Shown: positions 26,021-38,608 of the stretch, in pieces
How the letters are laid out: every line of letters starts with the position of its first letter
Position numbering within the stretch: the first letter of the stretch is position 1
NCBI GenBank assembly: GCA_951406725.2
Contig: OX597817.1
Span: 152,706,001-152,770,000 of the forward strand
DNA: 64,000 nt
From: Octopus vulgaris
Lineage: Eukaryota
Direction of reading: 5' to 3'
The notes under the pieces: generated by a model
Database searches by the model: none
Seen by the model: only the letters and a program-made list of their open reading frames with translations
Told to the model about the DNA's origin: nothing
Position numbers and translations under genes: made by a program

Positions 26021-26749
26021 ATCTCTCTATTGTATGTATATGGATGTATATATATATATATATTACAAAATATATAACAGACTGGAATAGTAGTGCTCAA
26101 ATGAGCTGTATACACTTTTTAATTCGAGGGGAGGCAATGCGAGCAGCAACTACAAGAGCACTACAAAATCCACAGAAAGATCAAACACATAAATATATTC
26201 ATATATTCATTTATATCTACAGAACAGACATAAAGCCCGACGTTTGGAAATATATAGTAATATATAAATATATAAACATCATATAAAAATATATTGTACG
26301 CATAAGATCCGCTCGACGTTCCATAAGAAATTTAGAAATAAAAATTGCAATAAAAGTTAGAGGTAATAATAACAATTGAATTAAATATAGTAAATATAGT
26401 AAGTAGTAATTAAATATATTTTATTTTATTCAAATGGTAATTAAATCGTAATATAACAATTAAAAGCAAAAATAGCAATTAGTATAAAATGTATCAAGGA
26501 TTTGAACTCGAATATGTGGCTTTGCATGAATGGGAGAAATTAAAAGATGAAAAATTTGAGTGCAAAAGTGAATTAGTCCAGATGGAGCTGTGCGCATACC
26601 ATTTACTATAGCTGCTAGATTGAATTATATGCTTATAAAGTAGCATTCAGTATCTATGAGAATTTTTGGGAGTACGTAATGTCTGGTCTTTCGCATGTAG
26701 CAGGTATGTAATTGTGCATTTGTTTCCGTGTACTATGTGTTGTGTATAA

Positions 26750-26840
26750 AAAACTTCCTGACGAGGGGAGTGTCAATTTTAAATATATGATAGGTTTCAT
26801 ATTAGTTGGTGCATCTCCGAAACGGCCCGTAGATGAACTT
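26750..26840 (+). ncRNA. Candidate type I hammerhead ribozyme (Penelope-like context)
   Basis: CUGACGA 26758-64, long stem II, GAAA 26819-22, minimal stem III ACG-GCC-CGU, cleavage triplet GUA 26829-31; stem I weak. Confidence 0.5.
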
Positions 26841-27412
26841 TGATGTATTTTTGTAAATTTGTATATTTATGTTCTATGTATTTTTCTCTGGAATTTTAAT
26901 TCGTCTTTTTAATATGTCAATGTATGTTTTATTACACAGCTACCGACCCACAGTCGACGCTATGGCGACCAGAGCTCGCTCTTGGCGACATTGCGACGAC
27001 TGTACACAGCTACCGGCCCACAGTCGACGCTATGGCTTTAGTGTCACTATTACGGTTGGGTTGGAAGAATTTCAGTTATATATAGAGAACTATAGCATAA
27101 AAAAAACAAACTTCCCTCAGTTGTTGGCAGTTTTACCTACTCCGCATTGCGAGCATTGCAACAAGATGCGTCTTCGTCAAAGCAATTGTTCCCCCAAAGC
27201 AAATTAAATAAAATTTGAGATACGTGGAACGTCAAAGCTGCGAACAGAAACAGGACACTGAAAACATTCGGTAAGGGCTGTTTAACCCTAACGAGGTGAG
27301 GTGGCGAACGCTGGAGAAAAAAAGCTTTGTCAAGAGACAGACAATAATGCGTCTTATAGTTATAAGCTGAATGAGAAGAAAAGGAATTACATCTAGAAAT
27401 AGAGAACTATAA

Positions 27413-28075
27413 TTATTGAGGACAAAATTTTCTTGGTACATACTGTCTATCTCTGTCACTTTTTGGGTGAAGTATCCCATATCTAGTCAGCAACTTCCTT
27501 GTCTTTCTGTCTAAGCAGCTTAGTTCGTCTACTGTCCATGCGATTACACTTGCTCCATATCTAAGGAGTGAAACCGCCCAGGTGTTGATAGTTTTAATCT
27601 TATTCCGTCCATTTAATTTCGACTTAAAGATTAGTCTCAGTCTTCGTAAGTACTCCACCTTAAATTTTTCTGTGATTTCTTTCTCCATCAATTTATCCAT
27701 TTCCAATATCCCCAAGTGCTTATAGCCTGTCTCTTCTATCTGCTTCATAACATCCCCCGACGGTGTCGCTAGCCCGTCCATACATTTGATTTTGCCTCCC
27801 TTCAAGACTAACACACCACACTTTTTCAGTCCAAACTCCATTCTGACATCAGCACTGAAAGTATACACCGTATCAACGAGGGAACTGACTTGGGATTCAT
27901 CTTTACCATAAAGTTTGAGGTCATCCATGAATAACAAATAATTGACTTTTTGTAGGCGGCTTTTGAATACATACCCAGCCTTTGCTTTCCTCAGAATCAG
28001 TGTTAGTGGTATCATGCACAGTACAAAGATTAGTGGGGACAGGTAGTCCCCTTGGAAGATGCCGCTCCTGATTTC
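27413..28075 (-). pseudogene. R4/Dong-type reverse transcriptase fragment (open frame)
   Basis: GIFQGDYLSPLIFVLCMIPL, LLFMDDLKLYG, MEFGLKKC, YKHLGILE, SKLNGRNKIKTINTWAV, LDRKTRKLLT..LHPKSDRDRQYVPR. Confidence 0.9.
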
Positions 28076-28089
28076 TGAGAAATCAGAGA

Positions 28090-28290
28090 TTCTTCTTCTT
28101 CTTCTTCTTCTTCTTCTTCTTCTTCTTCTTCTTCTTCTTCTTCTTCTTCTTCTTCTTCTTCTTCTTCTTCTTCTTCTTCTTCTTCTTCTTCTTCTTCTTT
28201 CTTGTTCTTTCTTCTTGTTCTTTCTTCTTCTTGTTCTTCTTCTTCTTCTTTTCATCGTCTTCTTCTTCTTCTTCTTCTTCTTCTTCTTCT

Positions 28291-28321
<31 letters not shown>

Positions 28322-28326
28322 TTTCT

Positions 28327-28357
<31 letters not shown>

Positions 28358-28623
28358 TTTCTTCTTCTTCTTCTTCTTCTTCTTCTTCTTCTTCTTTTCA
28401 TCGTCGTCGTCGTCTTCTTCTTCTTCTTCTTCTTCTTCTTCTTCTTCTTCTTTTCATCGTCTTCTTCTTCTTCTTCTTCTTCTTCTTCTTCTTCTTCTTC
28501 TTCTTCTTCTTCTTCTTCTTCTTCCTCCTCTTCTTTTTTTCTTCTTCTTCTTTTCATCGTCGTCATCGTCGTCGTCTTCTTCTTCGTCTTCTTCTTCTTC
28601 TTCTTCTTCTTCTTCTTCTTCTT

Positions 28624-28625
<2 letters not shown>
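28090..28625. repeat. (TTC)n tract
   Basis: Directly visible. Confidence 0.95.
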
Positions 28626-28658
<33 letters not shown>

Positions 28659-29114
28659 TATGTTCCTCATAGTCTGTGCATGCTTCGTTAAACGCAAGAC
28701 GAATCGCCGGGTTTTATGTTGGCCATTCCGAAGGTGTTAACTGATTGTAACAAATACACAATGCCATATGTATGACCACACATGTTGGTCATATGAGAAG
28801 CTGGTGTATTCGCCTGGTTCATTGGGTCAGACTTCTACACTGTAGTAATTTACTCTATAGAAAGAAAAAAATAAAGACTTTCAAATACTTACTATTGTAC
28901 AAGATAGTGGAAATATACATACATACGTACGCACGCGCACACACACACATACACACACACACGCACACACACACACACACACACCCACACGTGTGTATGA
29001 ATATCAGTTGCAGATCTAATTAGTGCAAAACAAAACTGCTTGAAGCAAGCTTTTAGTGAAAACGTACACATTATATATGCAACTGCACACACACACATAC
29101 ACAAATACACAAAG

Positions 29115-29148
<34 letters not shown>

Positions 29149-29215
29149 GCTTACACACGTACGCGCATGCACAAACGTACACGTATAGACACACAAATAT
29201 ATGTGCGTATGTATA

Positions 29216-30094
29216 TACAGGGTAAGATGGGTAAATTGCTGCCATTCTATACTTTTAATTTCGCGCTTGCGCATTCAGTGTTTTTGATTTTATCAACTAC
29301 ACAATATAGTAGGGTCAGTTGGGTACCGTCTCTGAGAAAAACAGCACCATGACACAATTTACTCTACCAGAAATATGGAAACGATATGCCGTGCTGCTTA
29401 GCATTCACGTCGGAAGCTGCAATACGGAAATTTCAGTGTTTGGGTATCAATCTGAGGGCAAGGCCATCTGAGGACATGTACCGAGGGTGATAAAAATCAA
29501 ACATCCAGTCATTATCATGGTGTTTGGAATTTTCACTAGTGATGGCAACGTTATGCCTCCATTCACCTTCCCACACGACCTTAGACTCCACACGGAGGCC
29601 TACATCATGTGCCTGGTGGAGGTAGTGCTGCCCAGGGTCAAGAGTGTGCCTGCTGGAAGACCTTATGTCTGGCAACAAGACTCTGCACGATGCCACATAA
29701 GCAGGAGAACCCAGTCATGGCTGTCAGATAATTTCTGCGACCACATCACCCTACATCCCCAGAGTGCGGCCCCTTTGATTATTATTATGTGTGAGGCGCA
29801 GTTGAACAAGAGACCAAAAAAAACTCCTTGTAACACCAAAGATGAACTGAGGGCAAGAATTATGGTAGCATTCACCAAGTTAAAGAAAGAGACCGTACAT
29901 AAGAGTTGCAGGAGATCCCGAAGTCGTCGGGACGCCGTGTTCGAAGCCAATGAGGAGTTTATTGAATAAATTTACTCTTTAGTATTTCAAGATATTTTTA
30001 TGCAATTTTGGTAAATATAACCGTTAAAATGAGATATCAATGTTATTTTCATTTTTGGCTTTATTTAGACGACATTTTATCCACCGCGCCGTGT
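29216..30094 (+). mobile_element. Internally deleted Tc1/mariner element (resembles maT/DD37D type)
   Basis: ORF 29487-29969 has KHPVIIMVFG..SDGNVMPPF, YVWQQDSARCHISRRTQSWL; degenerate TA-CAGGGT.. / ..CCGTG-TA ends. Confidence 0.75.
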
Positions 30095-30128
30095 ATATGT
30101 ATGCATACATACATACATACATATATAC

Positions 30129-30217
<89 letters not shown>

Positions 30218-30219
<2 letters not shown>

Positions 30220-30540
30220 GCCTGGGCGATAGAAATGAAGACACTGGGCTGCCCAGACACCAGAATCTCCCTCTCGGCCCCCCAGACATAATCCAAAGGA
30301 ATGCAGTGCAGTACGTTTGGAGTCTGGTTGGCTGCAGGAGTTGCCGGAAAGGGGTCGAGATTCGACACCCTACCGCCTTCGGGGCTCCACTCCGGATTTT
30401 CTGTCTGGGTTTACTCCCATAGCCTTTCCCTCTCCCAAGAGCATCCGCAAGGCAGCGGAGCGAGGGTTTGGAGTCAGAGTTTTCCTTCTCCTAGACTGGC
30501 TGCCAACCAAGGCTAACGAGCCCTTGCTGCCCACCTGGTT
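30218..30540 (-). mobile_element. GC-rich fragment resembling the 5' region of an RTE-clade LINE, between (TA)n tracts
   Basis: Minus strand GGCAGCCAGTCTAGGAGAAGGAAAACTCTGACTCCAAACC resembles a recalled RTE 5' UTR motif (not verified). Confidence 0.45.
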
Positions 30541-30597
30541 ATACCGATATATATATATATGTATATGTATATATGTATATGTATATATATGTATATG

Positions 30598-30668
<71 letters not shown>

Positions 30669-30672
30669 ATAT

Positions 30673-30835
30673 AGGCGCAGGAGTGGCTGTGTGGTAAGAA
30701 ACTTGCTTCCCAAATACATGGTTCCGGGTTCAACCCCACTGCGTGGCACCTTGGGCTAGTGTCTTCTACTATAGCCTCAGGCCAACCAAAGTCTTGTAAG
30801 TGGATTTGGTCGACGGAAACTGAAAGAAGCCCGTC

Positions 30836-30873
<38 letters not shown>

Positions 30874-31095
30874 GTATGTGTGTGTTATTTGTGTGTGTGT
30901 TTGTCCCCCCACCATCGCTTGACAACCGATGCTGGTGCGTGTAGGTCCCCGTCACTTAGCGTTTCGGCAAAAGAATCCAATAGAATAAGTACTACGCTTA
31001 CAAAGAATAAGTCCTGGGGTCGATTTGTTCGACTAAAGGTGGTGCTCCAACATGTCCGTAGTGAAATGACTGAAACAAGTAAAAAAATAAAAGAA
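30673..31095 (+). mobile_element. SINE family A
   Basis: Colinear with 24527-24932. Confidence 0.9.
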
Positions 31096-31145
31096 TATAT
31101 ATATGCATACATATAAGCATATATGTATAAGAATGTAAGCCTGTG

Positions 31146-31187
<42 letters not shown>

Positions 31188-32980
31188 CACACATACCTAA
31201 AAATTATCAATAACTATGTGTATACCCCACTCTCTCTCTCGCAAACGCACACACGTACGCAGATACATACACACACAAACACACACAAAGACACACTCAC
31301 ACATATGCATACACACAGAGAGGTTTTTGTGGGTGTTAGTTTTCTTGAGAATATATGTGTATTCGTATGTAATCTAGTTAGCTTGATATAGATAAAGCTA
31401 GCGAGCGAGAGAGAGAGAGAGAGTGAGAGAGACAGAAGACACGCGTGTATGTATATGTGGTCAGATGTGTTAATGTGTATTTGTATATGTATAAGTGTGT
31501 TCGTGTAAATTTATGCTTGTGTGTGCGTACATATAACTGTAGAACTTTATATTTCCCTCACGATTAGTAAACCATTCTCAAACAACCAATAATTTATCAT
31601 TCTTTTCTTCTCACCAATCTTTTAGTATCTGATTAATTCCGTTTAGCAATTCGTCTGAAAACTGTTTTCAAATGCTGAAGTATGTCTCCAGGGGCTGTAC
31701 ACTTTTGTAAGCCATTCCCTAATCGGTATGACCCCAATATCCATTGTTAGTAGCTTCCGGCGATATCAATAATTCTTCAATTTATTTCCGAAAGACGCGT
31801 GTGATCCCACGAGGAATAGTTATATGCGAAATCACTTTATATAATATTTTATATTCGAAAATGTCCATTTTTAATGAGCTCAATTTTTGTTTTAACAGAG
31901 TCGTTATCATATTGTAAAGACACCATGTTGAGATAGTAGTTTTCTGTAATTTTTACTGTCAAGTTTGTTCTTGCTCTTTTCTTTGTATTTTCTTCAATAT
32001 TCTCTGAGTTATTATTGGAGATGATCATTTAGAACCTGACATGCATATTTCAGAGGTATTTATAGTTTTTATTTGTGATACTCTAGAACAGGCTGAATAT
32101 GGGATGAAGAGCCTCTTTTCAACTCATTCTGCAATAGATTAGTCCAATAAAAAATTTCCAGTCGAAGAGGCGAGAGACAGATGTGGAGTGTAGGAAGGAG
32201 ATTTAGTGGAAATTCTTATATCGTCCCTGCCGTAAGCTTTGCTAATTATAAGGCAACAAATTTACCTTCTCTGAAGTTCACAAGAGTTGTTGATGTTGCT
32301 ACTTTTTTGTTGAATCTCGATTATTACTGATTTAGCAAACCTATAAATAAAGGCATTCCAGCCATGGCCATCTCGTCTTGTATTCATGTACAAAATAAAT
32401 AGGATTACATCATATAAAGTGGCTTTTTAAGATGGTAGTGTGTAATATAACAGAGATATGGTTGACATTTCTTGAATTTTCAGTGACAAAATGGAGGTCC
32501 GCTCTTTAATCCAGGGCAAACTACTGGTATGCACAAAGTAGGAGAGCGAGTATCCGGCGGATCTGTCTCTATAGCAGCTGATTACAACATAGACCGTCTG
32601 AAGGTTCTGATTCGCTAAAACTCATTCATAAAGAAGAGCCAACCTTTAAAGGACCACATCCTCTAGCAGTCAGAAAACAAGGGGACAGTGTAATCTTATA
32701 TATTTCCACCGAGGACAATCTAATCATGCATTTCCACTTTGTGTATGGCAGTAGAGTGTTACTTGAGGGAGATTTGGCTGCTATTTTTATTTGGTTGAAT
32801 GACGACATAGAAACTAGTCAAAAATGATTAGTTCAAACCCTTGAGGACTTCAAGTAGATATTTTGTAGCTTCAAGTAGATATCTTGTGCGGTATTGCATA
32901 CCCAACCCTAAGTTGGTATATATGATACTATATTACTCCTAGCTCTCAGTAGATACATAGAAGTAGCACACCTGGCTCTA

Positions 32981-33076
<96 letters not shown>

Positions 33077-33133
33077 CTCAACGTGCGGTTAACACAACCC
33101 CACCATTTACTGACTTATATATATATATATATA

Positions 33134-33274
33134 TATATAAAATAATATGTTACATTACACGATAGTCAAGATAAAACTCTGAGTTTCAGATGCCGAAGTG
33201 GGATTCCCACTTTGACATCTGAAACTCAGAGTTTTATCTTGACTATCGTGTAATGTAACATATTATTTTATATA
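33134..33274. repeat. ~140-bp near-perfect hairpin centred at 33204, embedded in (TA)n
   Basis: AAAATAATATGTTACATTACACGATAGTCAAGATAAAACTCTGAGTTTCAGATG..AAGTGGGA-T-TCCCACTT..CATCTGAAACTCAGAG... Confidence 0.95.
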
Positions 33275-33336
33275 TAATTTCCTCTATTTACATAATATTG
33301 AGGTCTCTTTCTTTCTTTTGTTATCTTACCGTTTTA

Positions 33337-33412
<76 letters not shown>

Positions 33413-33459
33413 AGTACAGTACCTCTGCTCTAAGTAGGTAAAAAAAAACCCCAAAAGAC

Positions 33460-33790
33460 TGGCACTTCATTGGTTACGACGACATGGGTTCCAGTTGGTT
33501 TGATCAACAGAACACCCTGCTCGTGTAATTAACGTGCATGTGGCAGAGCAATCCATAGTCGTACGTACCCTTAACGTAGTTCTCAGGGAGATTCAGCATG
33601 ACACAGTGTGTGACAAAGTTGGCTCTTTGTAATACAGGTACTACTCATTTTTTTTTTGCCAGCTGTGTGAACTGGAGCAACGTGAAATAAAGTGTATTGC
33701 TCAAAGACACACCACACCACGGAGAATCGAAATAACGGCCTTGTCATCGTGAGCCGAATACCCTAGCCGCTAAGCCACGCGCCTTCACTT
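33460..33790 (-). mobile_element. SINE family C
   Basis: Reverse complement of the 45836-46158 type. Confidence 0.75.
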
Positions 33791-34439
33791 CAAGCAAATA
33801 GAGCACACCCAAATGGAAGTAACTGTATGTAAAAGTACAGTATCCCTTAGGTCTAAGTAAACATACTGGGGTGTTATAAAGTACATCTTGCTCTGAGAAG
33901 TACATGTGATAGTAAAGTACCTCTAGCTCTATGTTGCTATATAGAGTAAAACAGAACGCTTCGTAAACTGGAGAAAATTAACTATCATATCGTGGTTCAG
34001 GAAAATAATGAGCCTCCTGACTAAGTCGTCGAGATTTCGAATTTCCATCGTAATGGATGATGGAAATTCGAAATCACGTGTGTCTTAGATAAAGCTCACG
34101 TGATTAGATATCCTTAGTTATAGCTCAACGTTGAAACAGTAAGAGATCTTTTATCTGGCTGATCGATCTGCTAGAAATTACGACCAAATTCTTCCAAGTC
34201 ACATGCGACAAGCTTAAAACAAATAAACCACAATGTTGTCTTCGATATATAAAAATCCGCCCATGGTCACGGTTGGAAAGTTTTTGTCAATCAGGATTGA
34301 TATGTACTTACACAACAACAACGATGCCGACAATAGCAACGACAACAACAACAGTTCAGCATGGTAAACAGTGCGTATGGAAATCACACCATACAATCTT
34401 TTAAAAAACCGAATGGACAAATTCATAACTGTAATCTTA

Positions 34440-34524
<85 letters not shown>

Positions 34525-34526
<2 letters not shown>

Positions 34527-34684
34527 GGCTGTGGTAAGAAACTTGCTTGCCAACCACATGGTTCCGGGTTCATTCCCACTGCGTGGCACTTTGAGCAAGT
34601 GTCTTCTACTTTAGCCTCGGGCCGACCAAAGCCTTGTGAGTGGATTTTGCAGATGGAAACTGAAAGAAGCCCGTCGTATATATG

Positions 34685-34720
<36 letters not shown>

Positions 34721-34995
34721 TGTATGTATGTATGTATGTATGTATGTATGTATGTGTGTGTATATGTTTGTGTGTCTGTGTTTGCCCCTTCCCCCAACAT
34801 CGCTTGACAACCGATGCTGGTGTGTTTCAGCCCCCGTAACTTAGCGGTTCGGCAAGAGACCGAAAGAATAAGTACTAGGCTGCCAAAGAATAAGTCATGG
34901 GGTCGATTTGCTCGACTAAAGGAGGTGCTCCAGCATGGCTTCAGTCAAATGACTGAAACAAGTAAAAGAGTTAAAGAGTAAAAGAGAGTAAAGAG
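34525..34995 (+). mobile_element. SINE family A
   Basis: Colinear with 24527-24932. Confidence 0.9.
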
Positions 34996-35014
34996 TACAT
35001 ATATATTTATATAA

Positions 35015-35355
35015 GGGTAAAGACCCCCTTCGGTCATGAGTGACCATGGGTTTGCACCTAGAGAGTTACCCTCTGAGGCACAAGTCTGGGCAAGGTTGTT
35101 TTTATGGAAGACCAGTAGTCGCCCATGCATACCGGTCTCCCCTCTCCACGCCACCAGTGTTATCCAAGGGAAAGACAAAGGCCGATACAACTTGGCACCT
35201 GTGACGTCGCAACTCATTTCTACAGCTGAGTGAACTGGAGCAACGTGAAATAAAGCGTCTTGCTCAAGAACACAACACGCAGCCCGGTCCGGGATTCGAG
35301 CTCACAACCTCACGATCGTAAGCTCGACGCTCTAACCACTGAGCCATGCGCCTCC
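35015..35355 (-). mobile_element. SINE family C, alternative-tail subfamily
   Basis: Highly similar to 21520-21850 and 45460-45825. Confidence 0.85.
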
Positions 35356-35716
35356 TATATATATATATATATAAAGACAGGTATGGTCACGACAAGAACG
35401 CCTTCTTTAATCAGGATTGATATATGTCTAAATAACCACTACAATAACAGATGAACATTGTAAACAGCAGTCGCCACGTATGTCTAATGCATATCTCATT
35501 AACTTAAAGAGCCGAACTAAAATATCATTATAGATACATAGCTTAGAGGGAGTCACCTTCCTGAAGTCAATAACGATAATTCATCCATTGCCCGGATCTG
35601 GTTACACAAAGTCACATAAGCAATTAACTTTGTTTATCGCACTTGAGTGGAATATATAATTAGTAATAAATTGACTACGCTGCTGCTAGTGATGAAGCTT
35701 ATTATTATCATTGTTG

Positions 35717-36463
<747 letters not shown>

Positions 36464-36695
36464 CTTCCGACGCCGTTAGACGTACGTGAATCAGCTCCGT
36501 GAATTTGACACCAATTTCATTGGAAATCTATTAATAGGTTTGAATATTTTTTAATATTTCTGTAGCCAAACCGACCGGCTTCTTGCGGAGCTCGTCGGTT
36601 GGGCGAAATTTTGCCCCATTCGGGGTGAAATTGCGTTTGAAAATTTTGAACATTTGACATTTTTCAACATTTTGAATATTACAACAAGAAAAAAC

Positions 36696-37719
36696 ATGGC
36701 TATGAAGCGAACAGTTGGCTGTTCCTTCCTTCAAAATACACTCCCTCCGCAAACACGCACAACTCGTACAAAACACCCACTTCACGCCTTAAAAGGCAAC
36801 AAAGATTCTCCTTCCGAACCGCAGAGCACGCGCTCGGTTCAAAAGGAAAATGCAAGTCATGACGTCGCGTTCGACGTAATTCTTGATTTTCCCCCTCTGC
36901 CTTCACCCAATGCTTTGGTAAGGAAGGAGGAGGGAGAAAAAACAAATACAAAAATCATCACAAACATTGACACGGAGATAAAAGAAAAAACTTCCAACAA
37001 TTTTGCTTCTGCTGCGAAGCAAATTTCGGAGGAAGTTAAGATAACTCTAGAAGATGTGAAAAGAGCGAAGGAATTGTTAAGGAAGGATGGCAATGGTATC
37101 TTCCTCAATACTCCACAAGAGGTGATTGAAAGCACCAACAAGCAAACAATAATTTACAAAGTTTTCGACAGAAAACTAAAAAGAATAACAAATGCCACAC
37201 CCCAACAGTTGGAGATAGCTCTAAAGCCCATTTGGGCCCAAAAGAGCTACGTAACCAAGGGGAAGCGTTTTGGAACCGTGGAGGTTCGCTTCCCAACAGA
37301 GGAGCTGGCAAGGGCGAACGCCATTTCGCCCTTGCAAACTGAGAATTTGTTACTAATTCCAACCCACCTCGGGCGAAGAGTTACAAAAATAAAAATCGAC
37401 CTCGTCCCCCCTGAATTAAATATGTCATGGCTGGTGGCAGCTGTCCTCTATGATATAGAGGACACTACCACCATTCTAGATGTCAGGAGAGTGAGGGCGA
37501 AAAACTGGTTGGGGATGGGAGTGCTGCTTCTTGCGCAAATTCAGCAAGAGAATATAAGTAAAGTCCCTGATTTCGTAAGTTTGCCGGACGGCACTAGGCT
37601 AAACGTTGCTGTGGAGGGGCGAAAGCCAAAATGCTTTCTCTGCAGCAGCGAAAGCCACTTAAAGAGGGACTGTCCCATTCACAAAAAGAGGATGGAGGCT
37701 TTCAGCAAGAGGCAGCAGC

Positions 37720-37762
<43 letters not shown>

Positions 37763-38570
37763 CAAGCAACAACAACAGAAACAACAAAAACAGCAAGAAA
37801 CACCAAAGGCTGCCACACCACCAACACCATCACCAACACCAGCACCAAGACGAGCAACACCACCTCCAACAACAACAACCACCACCAAACCAACACCGAC
37901 AACCACCACCAAACCAACACCGACACCAGTACCTCGAAGGTCGACAGCAGCGACATCAACAGTAACAGGAGCAGCGGCACCACCGATACCGGTGGAACCA
38001 GAAACTTTTCGTCCTGCTACTGAAGCAGACCCCTCAACCATTCCTTTGCCGGATGAAGAGATCTCGGATTGTGCGAGCTCTGATTCCAACAAAGGAGAAT
38101 GGAGTATAGTGCCTCCAAAGAAGAAAAGGAGGAAGAAACAAAAAGATTTACAGGGGAAGCACGAACAAATAGTGCTTCCCAACATCAACAACAACAACAA
38201 CAACAACACACACTCACAACAACAAACAACAACAACACTTTCGACACCACTACTGCCACTGCCACACACACAAACACACACAGACACAATTACATCAATA
38301 AACACAAAGAACCAAAAACTAGTGGAGTACTTAAAAAACAAAACTAGTACAAATATAACCGATTTCATCATACCAACACAAAACACACCACCAGCACACA
38401 TTCTCACAATAAAAATAAATGCAAAATCATATGATGAAATCAAACAAATATTCCCTAACGATGTGGGATCGCTAGGGAAAAGTTTCTCGAAGAAACTTTA
38501 TAAAAACATTGTGGAAGCACCCGTGCAAAAGCACAAGGGAGCCACCCCCACCACCAACAACAGTAAGTAG
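36696..38570 (+). CDS. Tx1/L1 ORF1 (gag-like) protein with CCHC knuckle, poly-Q and Pro/Thr-rich linker
   Basis: Open frame from ATG 36696; KPKCFLCSSESHLKRDC (CX2CX4HX4C); basic cluster KKKRRKK. Confidence 0.85.
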
Positions 38571-38608
38571 AGCCTTTTTTTCTCCTTTTTTTCCCCCTAC
38601 TTTGAGAC

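Noticed and set aside
31560-32200. Possible host exon or transposase on the minus strand
   Set aside because: Short frames with stops and no recognisable motif or clear splice sites.
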